From an uncultured Chthonomonadaceae bacterium (GTDB lineage Bacteria; Armatimonadota; Chthonomonadetes; Chthonomonadales; Chthonomonadaceae): 64,000 bases of DNA. The stretch covers positions 128,001 to 192,000 of the forward strand of contig CAWIEK010000002.1 of assembly GCA_963835065.1 (NCBI GenBank), written 5' to 3'. This document shows positions 20,505 through 30,593 of the stretch, one piece after another (the first letter of the stretch is position 1; every line of letters begins with the position of its first letter). The position numbers were made by a program, and so were the translations under genes. The notes beneath the pieces were generated by a model. That model did no database searches. It worked only from the letters and a program-made list of their open reading frames with translations, and had not been told where the DNA came from.

Positions 20505-20874
20505 TTCACCACCCGCTGCGCTAGAGACACAGAGACACAGAGGGGAAGAAAAGAAGAAAAGAAGAAAAGGAGAAGAGGGGAGGGGGAGACAGGAACCGCG
20601 AAACACACGAACTAAACGAAAAGAAAATGCAAAAGAACAAGAGGAAATAGACAGGATTAATGGGATTAGAGGGATTAAACAGCATTACGAACAGGGATGA
20701 GACGCCTGATTGTTCTGAACATGCGGCATCTGGAGATTTACTCGTGTTCTTTGTTTTTTCTTTTCTTCTTTTTTCGTTTAGTTCGTGTGTTTCGCGGTTC
20801 CTGATCTCTTCTCTTCTTCTTTTCTCTGTGTTCCCTCTCTGTGCCTCTGTGTCTCTAGCGAAGCGGGTGGTGAA
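20505..20874. repeat. About 370-bp imperfect intergenic palindrome
   Basis: Outer arms TTCACCACCCGC..CTAGAGACACAGAG / CTCTGTGTCTCTAG..GCGGGTGGTGAA; inner arms CAGGAACCGCGAAACACACGAACTAAACGAAAA and its reverse complement. Confidence 0.85.
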
Positions 20875-20892
20875 ATTTCGGAGGTAGCGGTT

Positions 20893-22272
20893 ATGGGTAC
20901 GCTGGCGGTAGTGAATCCGTATACGGGCGCGGAAGTAGGGCGGGTGGCGCGGGGTGGCGCGCAGGAAGTAGAGCAGGCGGTTCGGGCGGCGCAGGGGGCG
21001 GCACGGGAAATGCGCGGGATGCCCCTGCATCGGCGGGCGGCGATATTAGGCGCAGCAGCGCGCTTGCTGCGGGAGCGCTTGGAAGTTCTGGCGATGCTGA
21101 TAACGTCCGAATCGGGCAAAACCATTCGGGAAACGCGGGCGGAAGTGGAGCGCGCGGCGGGCATTTTCCAATTGGCGGCGGAAGAAACGCGGCGACTGCA
21201 CGGGGAAACCCTGCCCTTTGATGCGTTTCCGAATGGCGAAGGCCGTACCGGGTACTGGACGCGCGAACCGATTGGCGTCGTCGGAGCCATTACGCCCTGG
21301 AACGTGCCGCTTGCGCTTGCCGCGCATAAAATCGCGCCCGCATTGGCCGGGGGCAATGTAGTTGTGCATAAGCCTGCGGAAGAAACGCCTCTCATCGCTC
21401 TGCAACTGGCCGAAATACTGACCGAAGCGGGACTGCCGGACGGCGCGCTGAATGTCGTTACCGGATTGGGCGAGGAAGCCGGGGATGCATTGGTGACGCA
21501 CCCGGAAGTCGGCTTTGTGTCGTTTACGGGTAGCCGGGAAGTGGGGATGCGCCTGCCGGGACGAGCCGGCTACAAAAAAGTCGCGCTGGAATTGGGCGGC
21601 AACAGTCCGGTGATTGTAACGCCGAGCGCCAATCTGGAAGACGCGGCGGACGCGATTGTACGGGGCGGGTTCGCGGCAGCCGGGCAGTTGTGCATTTCCG
21701 TGCAGCGCGTGATTGTGCAGGAGGATATTCGGGCAAAACTGAGCGAATTGATTTTACCGCGCGTCCGCGCCCTGCGCGTGGGCGACCCGATGGGCGAAGC
21801 AACGGATATGGGTACGCTTATCAACAGCGAAGCGTGTGACCGGGTGACGCGGGCGGTGGAAACAGCGCGGCAGGCGGGAGCAACGGTACGAACGGGCGGG
21901 GAGAGATTGGGGCCAAGCCGGTACGCGCCCACCGTGCTTGAAAATGTGCCCCACGATGCCGGATTGGCAATCGAGGAAGCGTTCGCGCCCCTGATTCTGC
22001 TGATGCCGTACACCACGCTCGACGACGCCCTTGCGCTTGCCAACGCCACGCCGTATGGCCTGAACGCGGGCATTTACACCAACGACCTGCGCGAAGCGTT
22101 TACGGCTGCGCGCGAACTGGTGGCGGGCGCGGTCATGGTCAACGACGCGCCCACCTTCCGCTCCGACCTGATGCCGTACGGCGGGCGCAAGCAAAGCGGA
22201 TTGGGGCGCGAAGGCGTCCGCTTCGCCCTGGAAGAGATGACGGAACTAAAGGTAGTCTGCTTCCGCGCCTGA
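20893..22272 (+). CDS. Aldehyde dehydrogenase
   Basis: ITPWN, KPAEETP, FTGS, LELGG, GQLC, YGGRKQSGLGREG. Confidence 0.95.
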   Translation: MGTLAVVNPYTGAEVGRVARGGAQEVEQAVRAAQGAAREMRGMPLHRRAAILGAAARLLRERLEVLAMLITSESGKTIRETRAEVERAAGIFQLAAEETRRLHGETLPFDAFPNGEGRTGYWTREPIGVVGAITPWNVPLALAAHKIAPALAGGNVVVHKPAEETPLIALQLAEILTEAGLPDGALNVVTGLGEEAGDALVTHPEVGFVSFTGSREVGMRLPGRAGYKKVALELGGNSPVIVTPSANLEDAADAIVRGGFAAAGQLCISVQRVIVQEDIRAKLSELILPRVRALRVGDPMGEATDMGTLINSEACDRVTRAVETARQAGATVRTGGERLGPSRYAPTVLENVPHDAGLAIEEAFAPLILLMPYTTLDDALALANATPYGLNAGIYTNDLREAFTAARELVAGAVMVNDAPTFRSDLMPYGGRKQSGLGREGVRFALEEMTELKVVCFRA

Positions 22273-22342
22273 CGCTGACTATCTCTGTTCAATTGCTCTG
22301 CTTCAAACAAGGCAGCATTGCGCGTATAATAATCCTATCGCT

Positions 22343-22738
22343 ATGTACTCACCGGAACAATGGAGAAATCGGGCCACGCAGTCATTGCAATCGGCGCAAC
22401 TGCTTTTTGCCGCAGAACGCTATCGCGATTGCGCCAGCCGCGCCTACTATGCGGCTTATCAAGCCATAACCGCAGCCTGCGTAGCGCATGGTGACAGCGT
22501 AAACTTTCCTCCAGGATGGAACAATCCTTCTCATGAGCAGTTGCCGGGTTTGATTCAGACCAACGGCGACCTGGCGCTACAAACCCGTAGGAAAGTTGTT
22601 AGATTGATAACAATCCTGCGTAGTTCACGCGAAGATTCAGATTATCGGCCCGGCATAACCGTTGACAGAGTAGCCGCATACGAGTGTTTGATCGGCGCTA
22701 TTGCTGTTTTGGATCGATTGGGAGTGAAAACAGAATGA
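22343..22738 (+). CDS. HEPN domain protein
   Basis: ASRAYYAAYQA, SHE, R..SDY. Confidence 0.8.
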   Translation: MYSPEQWRNRATQSLQSAQLLFAAERYRDCASRAYYAAYQAITAACVAHGDSVNFPPGWNNPSHEQLPGLIQTNGDLALQTRRKVVRLITILRSSREDSDYRPGITVDRVAAYECLIGAIAVLDRLGVKTE

Positions 22739-23058
22739 ATACCACGCAAAATTTTCGCGCTGAAGATAACGAAACAGGTAAGCAGGACATAGCTCGCCTG
22801 GTGCGAGAGGCAATTACCCAAGTGCCGCCGCTAAATGGCACGACGCTGGAAGTAGATGAAAAAGGCATTTATTCGTACCAGATCAGCAATCAATTCTGGT
22901 GGAAGGTTCCCATTATCGCGCATCCATTTCCCGCTCGCCTGTTTCCGCTCTACGAGGTGATGGCGGAAATTGAGGAGCGTCTGCGTGATGAAAATGTGAA
23001 CAACATCATTTTGTTCGCGAGTGACTTTGCAGAAGAAACATCCGTTGCTTCGGGTTAA
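22735..23058 (+). CDS. Small hypothetical protein coupled to the HEPN gene
   Basis: ATGA overlap with the HEPN stop codon. Confidence 0.6.
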   Translation: MNTTQNFRAEDNETGKQDIARLVREAITQVPPLNGTTLEVDEKGIYSYQISNQFWWKVPIIAHPFPARLFPLYEVMAEIEERLRDENVNNIILFASDFAEETSVASG

Positions 23059-23153
23059 TGTCAGTTTCATTAATCACAGGAACAGAACCGTCAGTTTAGA
23101 GCGTTGGATGCAGCGTAACGGCAATATGGCGGATGTTTAAGGAAGGAGGCATA

Positions 23154-23495
23154 ATGGCTTTAATGGAGGTTTTTGTTGCTGAAGTGCCGCCGTTGCGAAC
23201 CGATACTGACGGCGTTATACGAGTCGGAGGAACTCGCGTAACTCTGGACACCGTAATTAGCGTGTATCAAAATGGCGCGAACGCGGAAGAAATCGCTTTA
23301 CGCTATGATGCGCTTTCGCTGCCGGATGTTCACGCGGTTATCAGCTATTACTTGCGGCATCGGCCAGAAATAGAGGGCTACTTGCGCGAACGGCAGGAGC
23401 AGGCCGAGCAGGCGCGTCAGGCCAATGCCGATAAAGTGCCGCCGGGGTTACGTGAACGGTTGCTTGCCCGCCGTGTTCAGAATGGGCAAGCCTGA
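23154..23495 (+). CDS. DUF433 antitoxin-like protein
   Basis: IRVGGTRVTLD..G..AEEIA..Y..LSLPDVHAVISYY. Confidence 0.88.
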   Translation: MALMEVFVAEVPPLRTDTDGVIRVGGTRVTLDTVISVYQNGANAEEIALRYDALSLPDVHAVISYYLRHRPEIEGYLRERQEQAEQARQANADKVPPGLRERLLARRVQNGQA

Positions 23496-23845
23496 TGCTG
23501 ACGTTTCTTGCCGATGAAAACTTTGACGGGAACATTGTGCGCGGCCTTTTGCGAAGACTGCCGGAGCTTGACATTGCGCGCGTACAGGATGTCGGCTTGT
23601 CCGGCGCGGATGATCCCACAGTTTTAGAATGGGCGGCTCAGGCAGGCCGCATTCTATTGACGCACGATGTTACCACCATTACAAAGTACGCTTACGAGCG
23701 CGTTGCCGCAAGGTTGGCAATGCCGGGCGTTGTGGAAGTCAAGCCGACGCAGGCAATTGGCGCAGTGATTGACGAAGTTTTGTTGCTTGCAGAATATGGC
23801 AGTTCGGCGGACATTCAAGATCAGGTACGTTTTCTGCCCTTGTAA
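23495..23845 (+). CDS. DUF5615 PIN-like toxin
   Basis: FLADEN, GLSGADD..VLEWA..GRILLTHD; start overlaps the DUF433 stop. Confidence 0.88.
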   Translation: MLTFLADENFDGNIVRGLLRRLPELDIARVQDVGLSGADDPTVLEWAAQAGRILLTHDVTTITKYAYERVAARLAMPGVVEVKPTQAIGAVIDEVLLLAEYGSSADIQDQVRFLPL

Positions 23846-23890
23846 CAGAATGATATATCTTTGTAGAGTGTTTGGGAGGACAGGAGAGCA

Positions 23891-24064
23891 TTGGCGTCTA
23901 CAACACCGGCGTATCCGATTAAACAGCAGCGGCGGCGGGCGGCGCGGCGTTACGCGATGCGCGTGGCTTTTGTGCTGCTTCTAATGAGTGGCATTGCGTA
24001 TGCCGCGTGGTTTGCGCCCGGTTCGCGCCATGCGCCGCCCGTCCGGGTCGAGGCAGCGCCATAA
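23891..24064 (+). CDS. 57-aa small membrane protein (not in the ORF track)
   Basis: AGGAG RBS, TTG start; MASTTPAYPIKQQRRRAARRYAMRVAFVLLLMSGIAYAAWFAPG... Confidence 0.5.
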   Translation: MASTTPAYPIKQQRRRAARRYAMRVAFVLLLMSGIAYAAWFAPGSRHAPPVRVEAAP

Positions 24065-25796
24065 ACAGCGACACTCACAATACAAACGGTAACGGTAAGG
24101 AGAAGCGCAAAGCCGATTGGCCGACGATTGCCGGCATTGCGCTGGTGTTGCTGCTTGGCCTGGGATTGCGCTTGTGGGGCATCGGCTGGAGCCTGCCCAA
24201 CGCGCAGCACCCCCTTGCCACTTACCATCCCGATGAACTGGTCAATCTCGCCGCCACGCAGAACATTGACCTGGGACACGGACAGCTTGACACGCAGTTT
24301 TACAATTACGGCGCGTTTTATTTTTATCTGGCGAGTTTCGCGCAAACATTCGGCAGGGGCTATGGCCTGATTCCGGCGACGCCCACTCCGCCTGCCGGAT
24401 GCGCCCCTGCCGCCCCTCGAAGCGATGGTCCGTCACGCCCCGGAACAGTCCGGTTTGTTTCTGGCAGGGCGCGAAATGACTGCCCTGCTTGGCGCGGCGA
24501 CGATCCCGTTTTTGTTCGCGCTTGGCGCGCGGCTATTTCGCCGCAGCGTGGGAATGGGGGCCGCGCTGCTGTATGCGGTTGCGCCGCTTGCCGTCGTTCA
24601 TGCCCACTTTCTCACGGTAGACGTGCCGGCCACGTTCTTTGTCACATTCGCGTTGTGGGCCGCGTCGCGCCTGCTCGATGTAAACGCGATGTCGGGAAAG
24701 CAGGCATGGGGCGCGTATGTGCTGGCGGGCGTGGCGTGTGGCCTGTGCGCCGCCACCAAGTACAACACGGGGCTGGTGCTGATCGCCCCGCTTGTTGCGC
24801 ACCATCTCAGCCGCAACCCCGACGCCTGCCAACTGCACCGCAAAGCGCACTGCGCCGTGATGCTGATTGCCGCCGGGTTCGCATTCCTCATCGGCTGTCC
24901 CGGCCCCGTTATCAACTGGAATGTGTTTTGGAACGGCACATATCCGGGTTCGGGCGTCCGGTACGAGTTGTTTGAACATTCGCGGACGGGGCATGGCGAG
25001 TTGTTTGTCAGCACGGGACCGGGATGGTGGTATCATCTGGTCATATCCCTGCCGTATGGTTTGGGTATTCCCCTGCTGCTGTTGTCGCTGGCCGGATTGG
25101 TATACGCCTGCCGTCAGCGCGGCAAGGGCGATGTTTTGCTGTTGGCGTTCTTCCTGCTGTACTTCGGCGCGACGGGCTTTTCCGCCGTCCGTTTCGCCCG
25201 CTACATGCTGCCCCTGTTCCCCATACTGTGCCTGTTTGCCGCCCGGATTGTTTGCGAACAGTTTGCCAATGTCAATGTTCGGCGCATATTTCAGGCGGCG
25301 GGCGCGCTGACTCTTGCTCTAACGGGTTTGTATACTTTCGCCTTAACGCAGCGCATGGCGGAACCCGATCCCCGCGACCTTGTCGCCGCGTACCTGAACC
25401 GGCAGGCTCTGCCCGGCGCATCCGTTGCGTTTGCCACCGTTCCCTGGTACTACTCGCCTCCGCTTTCGCCCCGCTTTCGGCGAACTGGCCGCGCCCGGAC
25501 GCCGCCGCGCCGCGCAGGAAGTGACCCGCTTCCAACTGCGTATCCCCGACCAGGAATGGGGAACGGACGTTTTCTCGCCCCTCCCGGATTACATTGTCGT
25601 CTCCAACATCGAAACCCTGCACCCGCTGGACCGCCTGCGCCATCCCAACGCCGTCGCGTGGAAACAGGCTATTCGCCCATCCTATCAGGCGAAAACGTTC
25701 GGTTCGTCCTGCGTGTTCGGCCTGCCGCCCAACCGTACCATCATCCCCGACGACCTGCTGTACATCCTGCCGACATTAACGATTTACGTGAAATAA
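24061..25796 (+). CDS. GT-C glycosyltransferase (ArnT/PMT, GT39-like) with two +1 frameshifts (about 24392 and 25471); start uncertain
   Basis: LRLWGIGW..YHPDE, HAHFLTVDVP, ATKYN, RFARYMLPL spread over three consecutive frames. Confidence 0.8.
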
Positions 25797-25888
25797 CGCT
25801 ATACAGCAAGTGTGTGCCAAAAAGCAGGGAAGAAGGGGATTGAAAGCGAATAAACGCGCAGATATTTTACGCGATGCAAGGCTAACTC

Positions 25889-28800
25889 ATGCTCCTCCAC
25901 CTTTGGCATATCCAGATGTTGGGCGGCCTCCGGGCAGAACGGGGAACGCGCGCCCTGACGGGGTTCAAGTCGCAAAAAGCGGCGGTACTGCTGGCGTACC
26001 TTGCTTTTTATATCTCCGCGCCTCATTCGCGCGAAGAACTGCAAACGCTCCTGTGGCCCGATGCGGACCTGGAAGCGGCGCGTAACCGCCTGCGCGTGAA
26101 TCTAAGTTCCCTGCGCCGCCAGTTGGAGCCTCCGGGAACAACGGCGGGCGAGGCGCTGATTGCAGACCGAATTTTCATTCGCTTGAATTCGCGCGCCGTC
26201 ACAACAGACGCAGCGCAGTTTGAAGCCGCTCTTGCCGACGCGCAGCGCGATACAGGAGAGGCCGGGAAGATTGCCGCGCTGATAAGAGCCGTGGAAGCGT
26301 ATGGCGGCGACCTGCTGCCCGGCTTTTATGAAGAGTGGGTCATCAGCGAGCGGGAGCGGCTGCGGCAATCGTTGTTACAGGCTTTGCGCCGTTTAACCCG
26401 CCATCTGGTTCACGCGCAGGATTACGAACGCGCTTTGTTCTACGCGCGCCTGGCAACGCGGCACGATGTCCTGCGCGAAGAATCACACCGGGACGTAATG
26501 CGCTTGTATATCGCGCTCGGCCAGCCTTCCGCCGCTTTGCAGCAGTATGAAGACCTGAAACGACACCTGCTGGAGAGCCTCGACGCCGCGCCCGCGCCTT
26601 CCACACAGCAGTATGCCCGCCAGATCAGGGATAGCCTGGGACATTCCGCTTCGTTCCCCGCCCCTGTTTTGCCGCCCCCCTCTTCTGTCCTGTCGCTGCG
26701 CTCCCGGCCCGCCCCCTTGCCCCCGGAAAGCGACGGGAACGCGCCGAAAAGCGACGGGAACGCGGCGGAGCAGGCCGGGAGTAACCCCCGCGCGAACGCT
26801 CTGCCCGCCTATCTGACCCGTTTTTTTGGACGCGAACAGGAATGCGCGGCGCTTTGCGGGATGCTTGCCCCCGTTGCCAACCCCCCCGCTTCTCAGCAGG
26901 GAGACCCTGATTTCCAGCAGGCGGCACGCCTGGTCACGCTTACAGGATTGGGCGGCAGCGGCAAAACCCGCCTTGCCCTCGCCGTCGCGCAGCAACTACG
27001 ACCGGCGTTTGCTGCGCGCGCGTGGTTCGTGTCGCTGGCGGACCTGGCCGACGCGCGCCTGATTGCCGACGCCATTATCAGCGTTCTCGCTCTGCCGCGC
27101 GCGTCGCTTGCCGATCCCTTCGCGCAAATCAGCGCCGCTCTGGACGGCAAACCGGCGCTGTTGATTCTGGACAATTTCGAGCATCTGGCGGAGGAAGGGG
27201 CGGCCTTCGTCGCGGCATTGCTGGCGCGCGCGCCCTCGCTCGCCTGCCTTGTCACGTCGCGCCACGCGCTGGGATTGCCGGGCGAGCGGGAATTTACCCT
27301 GTCACCCCTGCCCGTCCCGGCGGAAGGAGAAGCGGGAAACGGGAACGGTAAAAGTGAGCAGGGCGTGGAACCTGCCCTTTTGCTTGAGTGTGCCAGTGTT
27401 CGTCTCTTTGTTGATCGCGCGCAGGCGAACCTGCCGGATTTTCAAATCACCCGTCGGAACGCAGGAGAAGTCGCGGCGTTATGCCGGGAACTGGAAGGCA
27501 TCCCGCTTGCGATTGAACTGGCAGCCGCGCGAGCGCGCGTCCTGACTCCTGCTCAGATGCGAACTCACCTGCTGCGCCGTTTCGATTTGCTGGTGGATCG
27601 GCGGGCGGACAAAAACGCGCGCCATCGTTCACTGAGGGCTACTCTGGAATGGAGTTACCGCTTGCTGCCGATTCCCTTGCGCCGCTTGTTCGCCCAACTC
27701 AGCCAGTTCGCGGGAGGATGGAGCCTGGCTGCGGCGCAGGCCGTTTGCCGGGAAGAAGAAATGGGCGGGGATTTTGCCGGGGAGGGGGGCGCTCTCGCGC
27801 TGCTGGAGGCTCTGGAGCGGCTGCAAATCGAGTCGCTGATCCAGACGGGCGCAGCAGGCGACGAAATGCGCTTTTCCATGCTGAAAACCCTGCGCGAGTT
27901 TGCCGGGGAGCGATTGAGCCTTGAGGAATGCCAAACGCTTCAAGCCCGCTACATCCGCTATTTTGTGGAATTCGCAGAAGAGGCCCGCCCGCATTTGCAA
28001 GCCACGCAGCAGGGAATGTGGCTGGAGCGTCTTCAGCTGGAACTGGATAATCTGCGCGCCGCTTTTGAACTATGCCTCGCGGATACGAACGGAGCGGAGT
28101 CAGGTCTGCGTATGGCGCGCGCGCTGGAGCGCTTCTGGAGCGCGCGCGGCTTGATCAGCGAAGGGATCAGGTTCACCACGCGCATACTGGCGCATCCCGG
28201 CGCGCAAATGCCGACGATGTTGCGGGCAAAGGCGCTTTTAACCGCCGGTACGCTTCATTTCAATCAGGATGATTACGATACCGCCTTTCTGCTGCACCGG
28301 GAGGCGCTGACAACCGCGCAAGCCGCGCAGTATCCGTCCGGGGAAGCCTGGGCGCTGGACAATCTGGGAACCGCAGAACTCCGGCGCGGCAATTGTCCCT
28401 CTGCGCAAGCCTATTTTGAACGGAGCCTGGCGATACATCGGGATGAGAATGACAAAGCGGGGATCGCCGCCACGCTGAGTCATCTGGGGTCTGCCGCGCA
28501 GGCGCAGGGAGATTACCGGCGCGCGCAGCAGCAGTTCGAAGCAAGTCTGCTGCTGCATACGGAACTTGGGGATCGCCTGCATGTCGCCACCACGCTTTCG
28601 AATCTGGGCCTGCTCTTCGATCTGCGCGGCGAGTACGAAGCGGCGCGCAGCCACTACGGGCAGAGTCAGGCAATTCACCGAGAATTAAACAACAAAACGG
28701 GCCGCGCGGTCACGCTGATGAATCTGGGCATCATCGCCGCCAAAGTGCAGGATTACGAAGAGGCAAGCGCGTATTTCACGGAAGCGCATGATCTGGCGCG

Positions 28801-29326
28801 CGAACTGGGACTGCGGCGGGGCGTCGCCCTGGCGCTCGGAAATAGGGGCAGCCTGGAAGAGATACGCGGCAATCCTGACCGGGCCGGTTCGCTGTACGCG
28901 CAATGCCTGGCGATCCAGCGCGAGATAGGAGACCGCATTGGCGTTACGCTCACGCTTGCCAATATCGGGCGCATACATATCCTGCGGGGCGAATATGAGC
29001 CGGGACGCGCCTGTCTGCTGGAAAGTTTGTCACTGGCCCGCGATCTCAAATTGCTGACAGGAACGGTGGAGGGTCTGGAAGGATTTGCCGCCCTCTCGAA
29101 CGCGCAGCAGCAGTTCCCGCGCGCCATCCGTCTTTATGGCGCAGCCGACGCCCTGCGGGAAACAATTCAGGTTCCTCTTGCAGCGATCCTGTGTGCCGAC
29201 AGGGAAGAAATATATGCCCGGTTGCGACAGGCGGCAGGCGCGGCCGCTTTCGCGGCAGCCTGGGCAGAGGGCCGTTCCATCTCAATGGAGGAGGCCATTG
29301 CTTCTGCCCTGCTCGCGGCAGAATGA
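25889..29326 (+). CDS. AfsR/SARP-type regulator: wHTH-BTAD, NB-ARC-like ATPase and TPRs
   Basis: LLAYLA..SREEL..LWP, Walker A GLGGSGKT, LLILDNFEHL, GIPLAIELAAAR, many TPRs. Confidence 0.92.
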   Translation: MLLHLWHIQMLGGLRAERGTRALTGFKSQKAAVLLAYLAFYISAPHSREELQTLLWPDADLEAARNRLRVNLSSLRRQLEPPGTTAGEALIADRIFIRLNSRAVTTDAAQFEAALADAQRDTGEAGKIAALIRAVEAYGGDLLPGFYEEWVISERERLRQSLLQALRRLTRHLVHAQDYERALFYARLATRHDVLREESHRDVMRLYIALGQPSAALQQYEDLKRHLLESLDAAPAPSTQQYARQIRDSLGHSASFPAPVLPPPSSVLSLRSRPAPLPPESDGNAPKSDGNAAEQAGSNPRANALPAYLTRFFGREQECAALCGMLAPVANPPASQQGDPDFQQAARLVTLTGLGGSGKTRLALAVAQQLRPAFAARAWFVSLADLADARLIADAIISVLALPRASLADPFAQISAALDGKPALLILDNFEHLAEEGAAFVAALLARAPSLACLVTSRHALGLPGEREFTLSPLPVPAEGEAGNGNGKSEQGVEPALLLECASVRLFVDRAQANLPDFQITRRNAGEVAALCRELEGIPLAIELAAARARVLTPAQMRTHLLRRFDLLVDRRADKNARHRSLRATLEWSYRLLPIPLRRLFAQLSQFAGGWSLAAAQAVCREEEMGGDFAGEGGALALLEALERLQIESLIQTGAAGDEMRFSMLKTLREFAGERLSLEECQTLQARYIRYFVEFAEEARPHLQATQQGMWLERLQLELDNLRAAFELCLADTNGAESGLRMARALERFWSARGLISEGIRFTTRILAHPGAQMPTMLRAKALLTAGTLHFNQDDYDTAFLLHREALTTAQAAQYPSGEAWALDNLGTAELRRGNCPSAQAYFERSLAIHRDENDKAGIAATLSHLGSAAQAQGDYRRAQQQFEASLLLHTELGDRLHVATTLSNLGLLFDLRGEYEAARSHYGQSQAIHRELNNKTGRAVTLMNLGIIAAKVQDYEEASAYFTEAHDLARELGLRRGVALALGNRGSLEEIRGNPDRAGSLYAQCLAIQREIGDRIGVTLTLANIGRIHILRGEYEPGRACLLESLSLARDLKLLTGTVEGLEGFAALSNAQQQFPRAIRLYGAADALRETIQVPLAAILCADREEIYARLRQAAGAAAFAAAWAEGRSISMEEAIASALLAAE

Positions 29327-29381
29327 TGACGCTCCTCTATATGGCAGCCCCTCCGCGCCTGCCTTGCGGCTCATGCAGAGA

Positions 29382-30479
29382 TTACCGCGCTTCCTGTTTG
29401 CGCCGTCGTCGCAACGCGAAGCCCGCGCCCATCATGCCACTCGTGAGTAAGAAGGCGAGCGCGGAGGGTTCGGGAACGACGGTGAAGGCGTTGGGCGTCA
29501 CGAGCAGAATCGGGTCGGACGAGTCGTTGACGAGCAGATTGCCATCATTGAGAAAGTAAAAACCGCGTGGGTCGAACTTGGTCAATCCTAAATCGCTGCG
29601 CAGCGAAGCCACCTCGTTTCCATTGGAATCAAAAGCCAGAATATCGCCGAGTGTGCCGCCACCATTTATCGAGCCGGCAACCGAAACGAGCATGAGGGGT
29701 ACATCAATTCCAGAGAAGAAACCGGAAGGCGCGAAACCGATCTGACGCAACCCCGGTTGTCCGTTCTGTAGCGCTGCTGTGGCGAATGTGGTGACGTTGC
29801 CGTTCGCGTCAAGGGACAGAATTGCGCCGCTATTCGCATCGTCGGTGAACAGAGTATTTCCAAACTGCCCAAAGCCGTTGGGCGCGAATGTCAGGGCAAA
29901 AGGAGTAATGCCCATGCTTCCAGTGAATATGGTCATATTCGCGCTGCTGTCGAAGGCATCAACGCCGTTGAATTCATCCGATACGAATAATTTGCCCGCA
30001 TTGGCTCCAAAGTTCGCGGGCGCGATGGCGGCCTGGGCAAAAACGCCGAAAGTGCCGTCCGGGGTCGTGTAGAAGGTGGTGCGATTGCCATTTGCATCAT
30101 AGGCAAGTATTTGCGCGGTTGTGCCGTTGATGTCATTCGCGCCGAAGGTAAGATAATGCCCGGAATTGCCGCCCCATCCCGTAGCGGGTAAAAACAGCGC
30201 GCCGATAGCGGTGCCGGGCAGATTGGACGCAAACGACGCAGGGACGCCCCCGGTGGCTGGAAGCGTGTAAAGCTGCGATTTCGTGGGGTCGGAGCGGCCC
30301 GCATCATTGATGAAATACTGGCCGCCATACGTTCCGAACGAACTGGGGGCGACATTGATATTTTCGGGCGTCAGATACCCGGCGGAAAACACGCTGACCT
30401 GCGCCCCCGACGGGCAGGAAGCGGCAAGGGCGGCAAGCAGAGTGGCGGATAACAGAAGGCGTGGGAAAGGAGAAGGCAT
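29382..30479 (-). CDS. PEP-CTERM exosortase-target surface protein
   Basis: Signal peptide; C-terminal VPEPS, TM segment and RRRR. Confidence 0.9.
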   Translation of the reverse strand: MPSPFPRLLLSATLLAALAASCPSGAQVSVFSAGYLTPENINVAPSSFGTYGGQYFINDAGRSDPTKSQLYTLPATGGVPASFASNLPGTAIGALFLPATGWGGNSGHYLTFGANDINGTTAQILAYDANGNRTTFYTTPDGTFGVFAQAAIAPANFGANAGKLFVSDEFNGVDAFDSSANMTIFTGSMGITPFALTFAPNGFGQFGNTLFTDDANSGAILSLDANGNVTTFATAALQNGQPGLRQIGFAPSGFFSGIDVPLMLVSVAGSINGGGTLGDILAFDSNGNEVASLRSDLGLTKFDPRGFYFLNDGNLLVNDSSDPILLVTPNAFTVVPEPSALAFLLTSGMMGAGFALRRRRKQEAR

Positions 30480-30593
30480 GGGAAAGTTCCTCCAGAACAA
30501 AATAGTGATTGGCAACGACACTGTACACAGTATACGCGCCTCCCATTACCCCACCATTAAAATCCCCAACACCCAACCCCGAATACCGAATAC

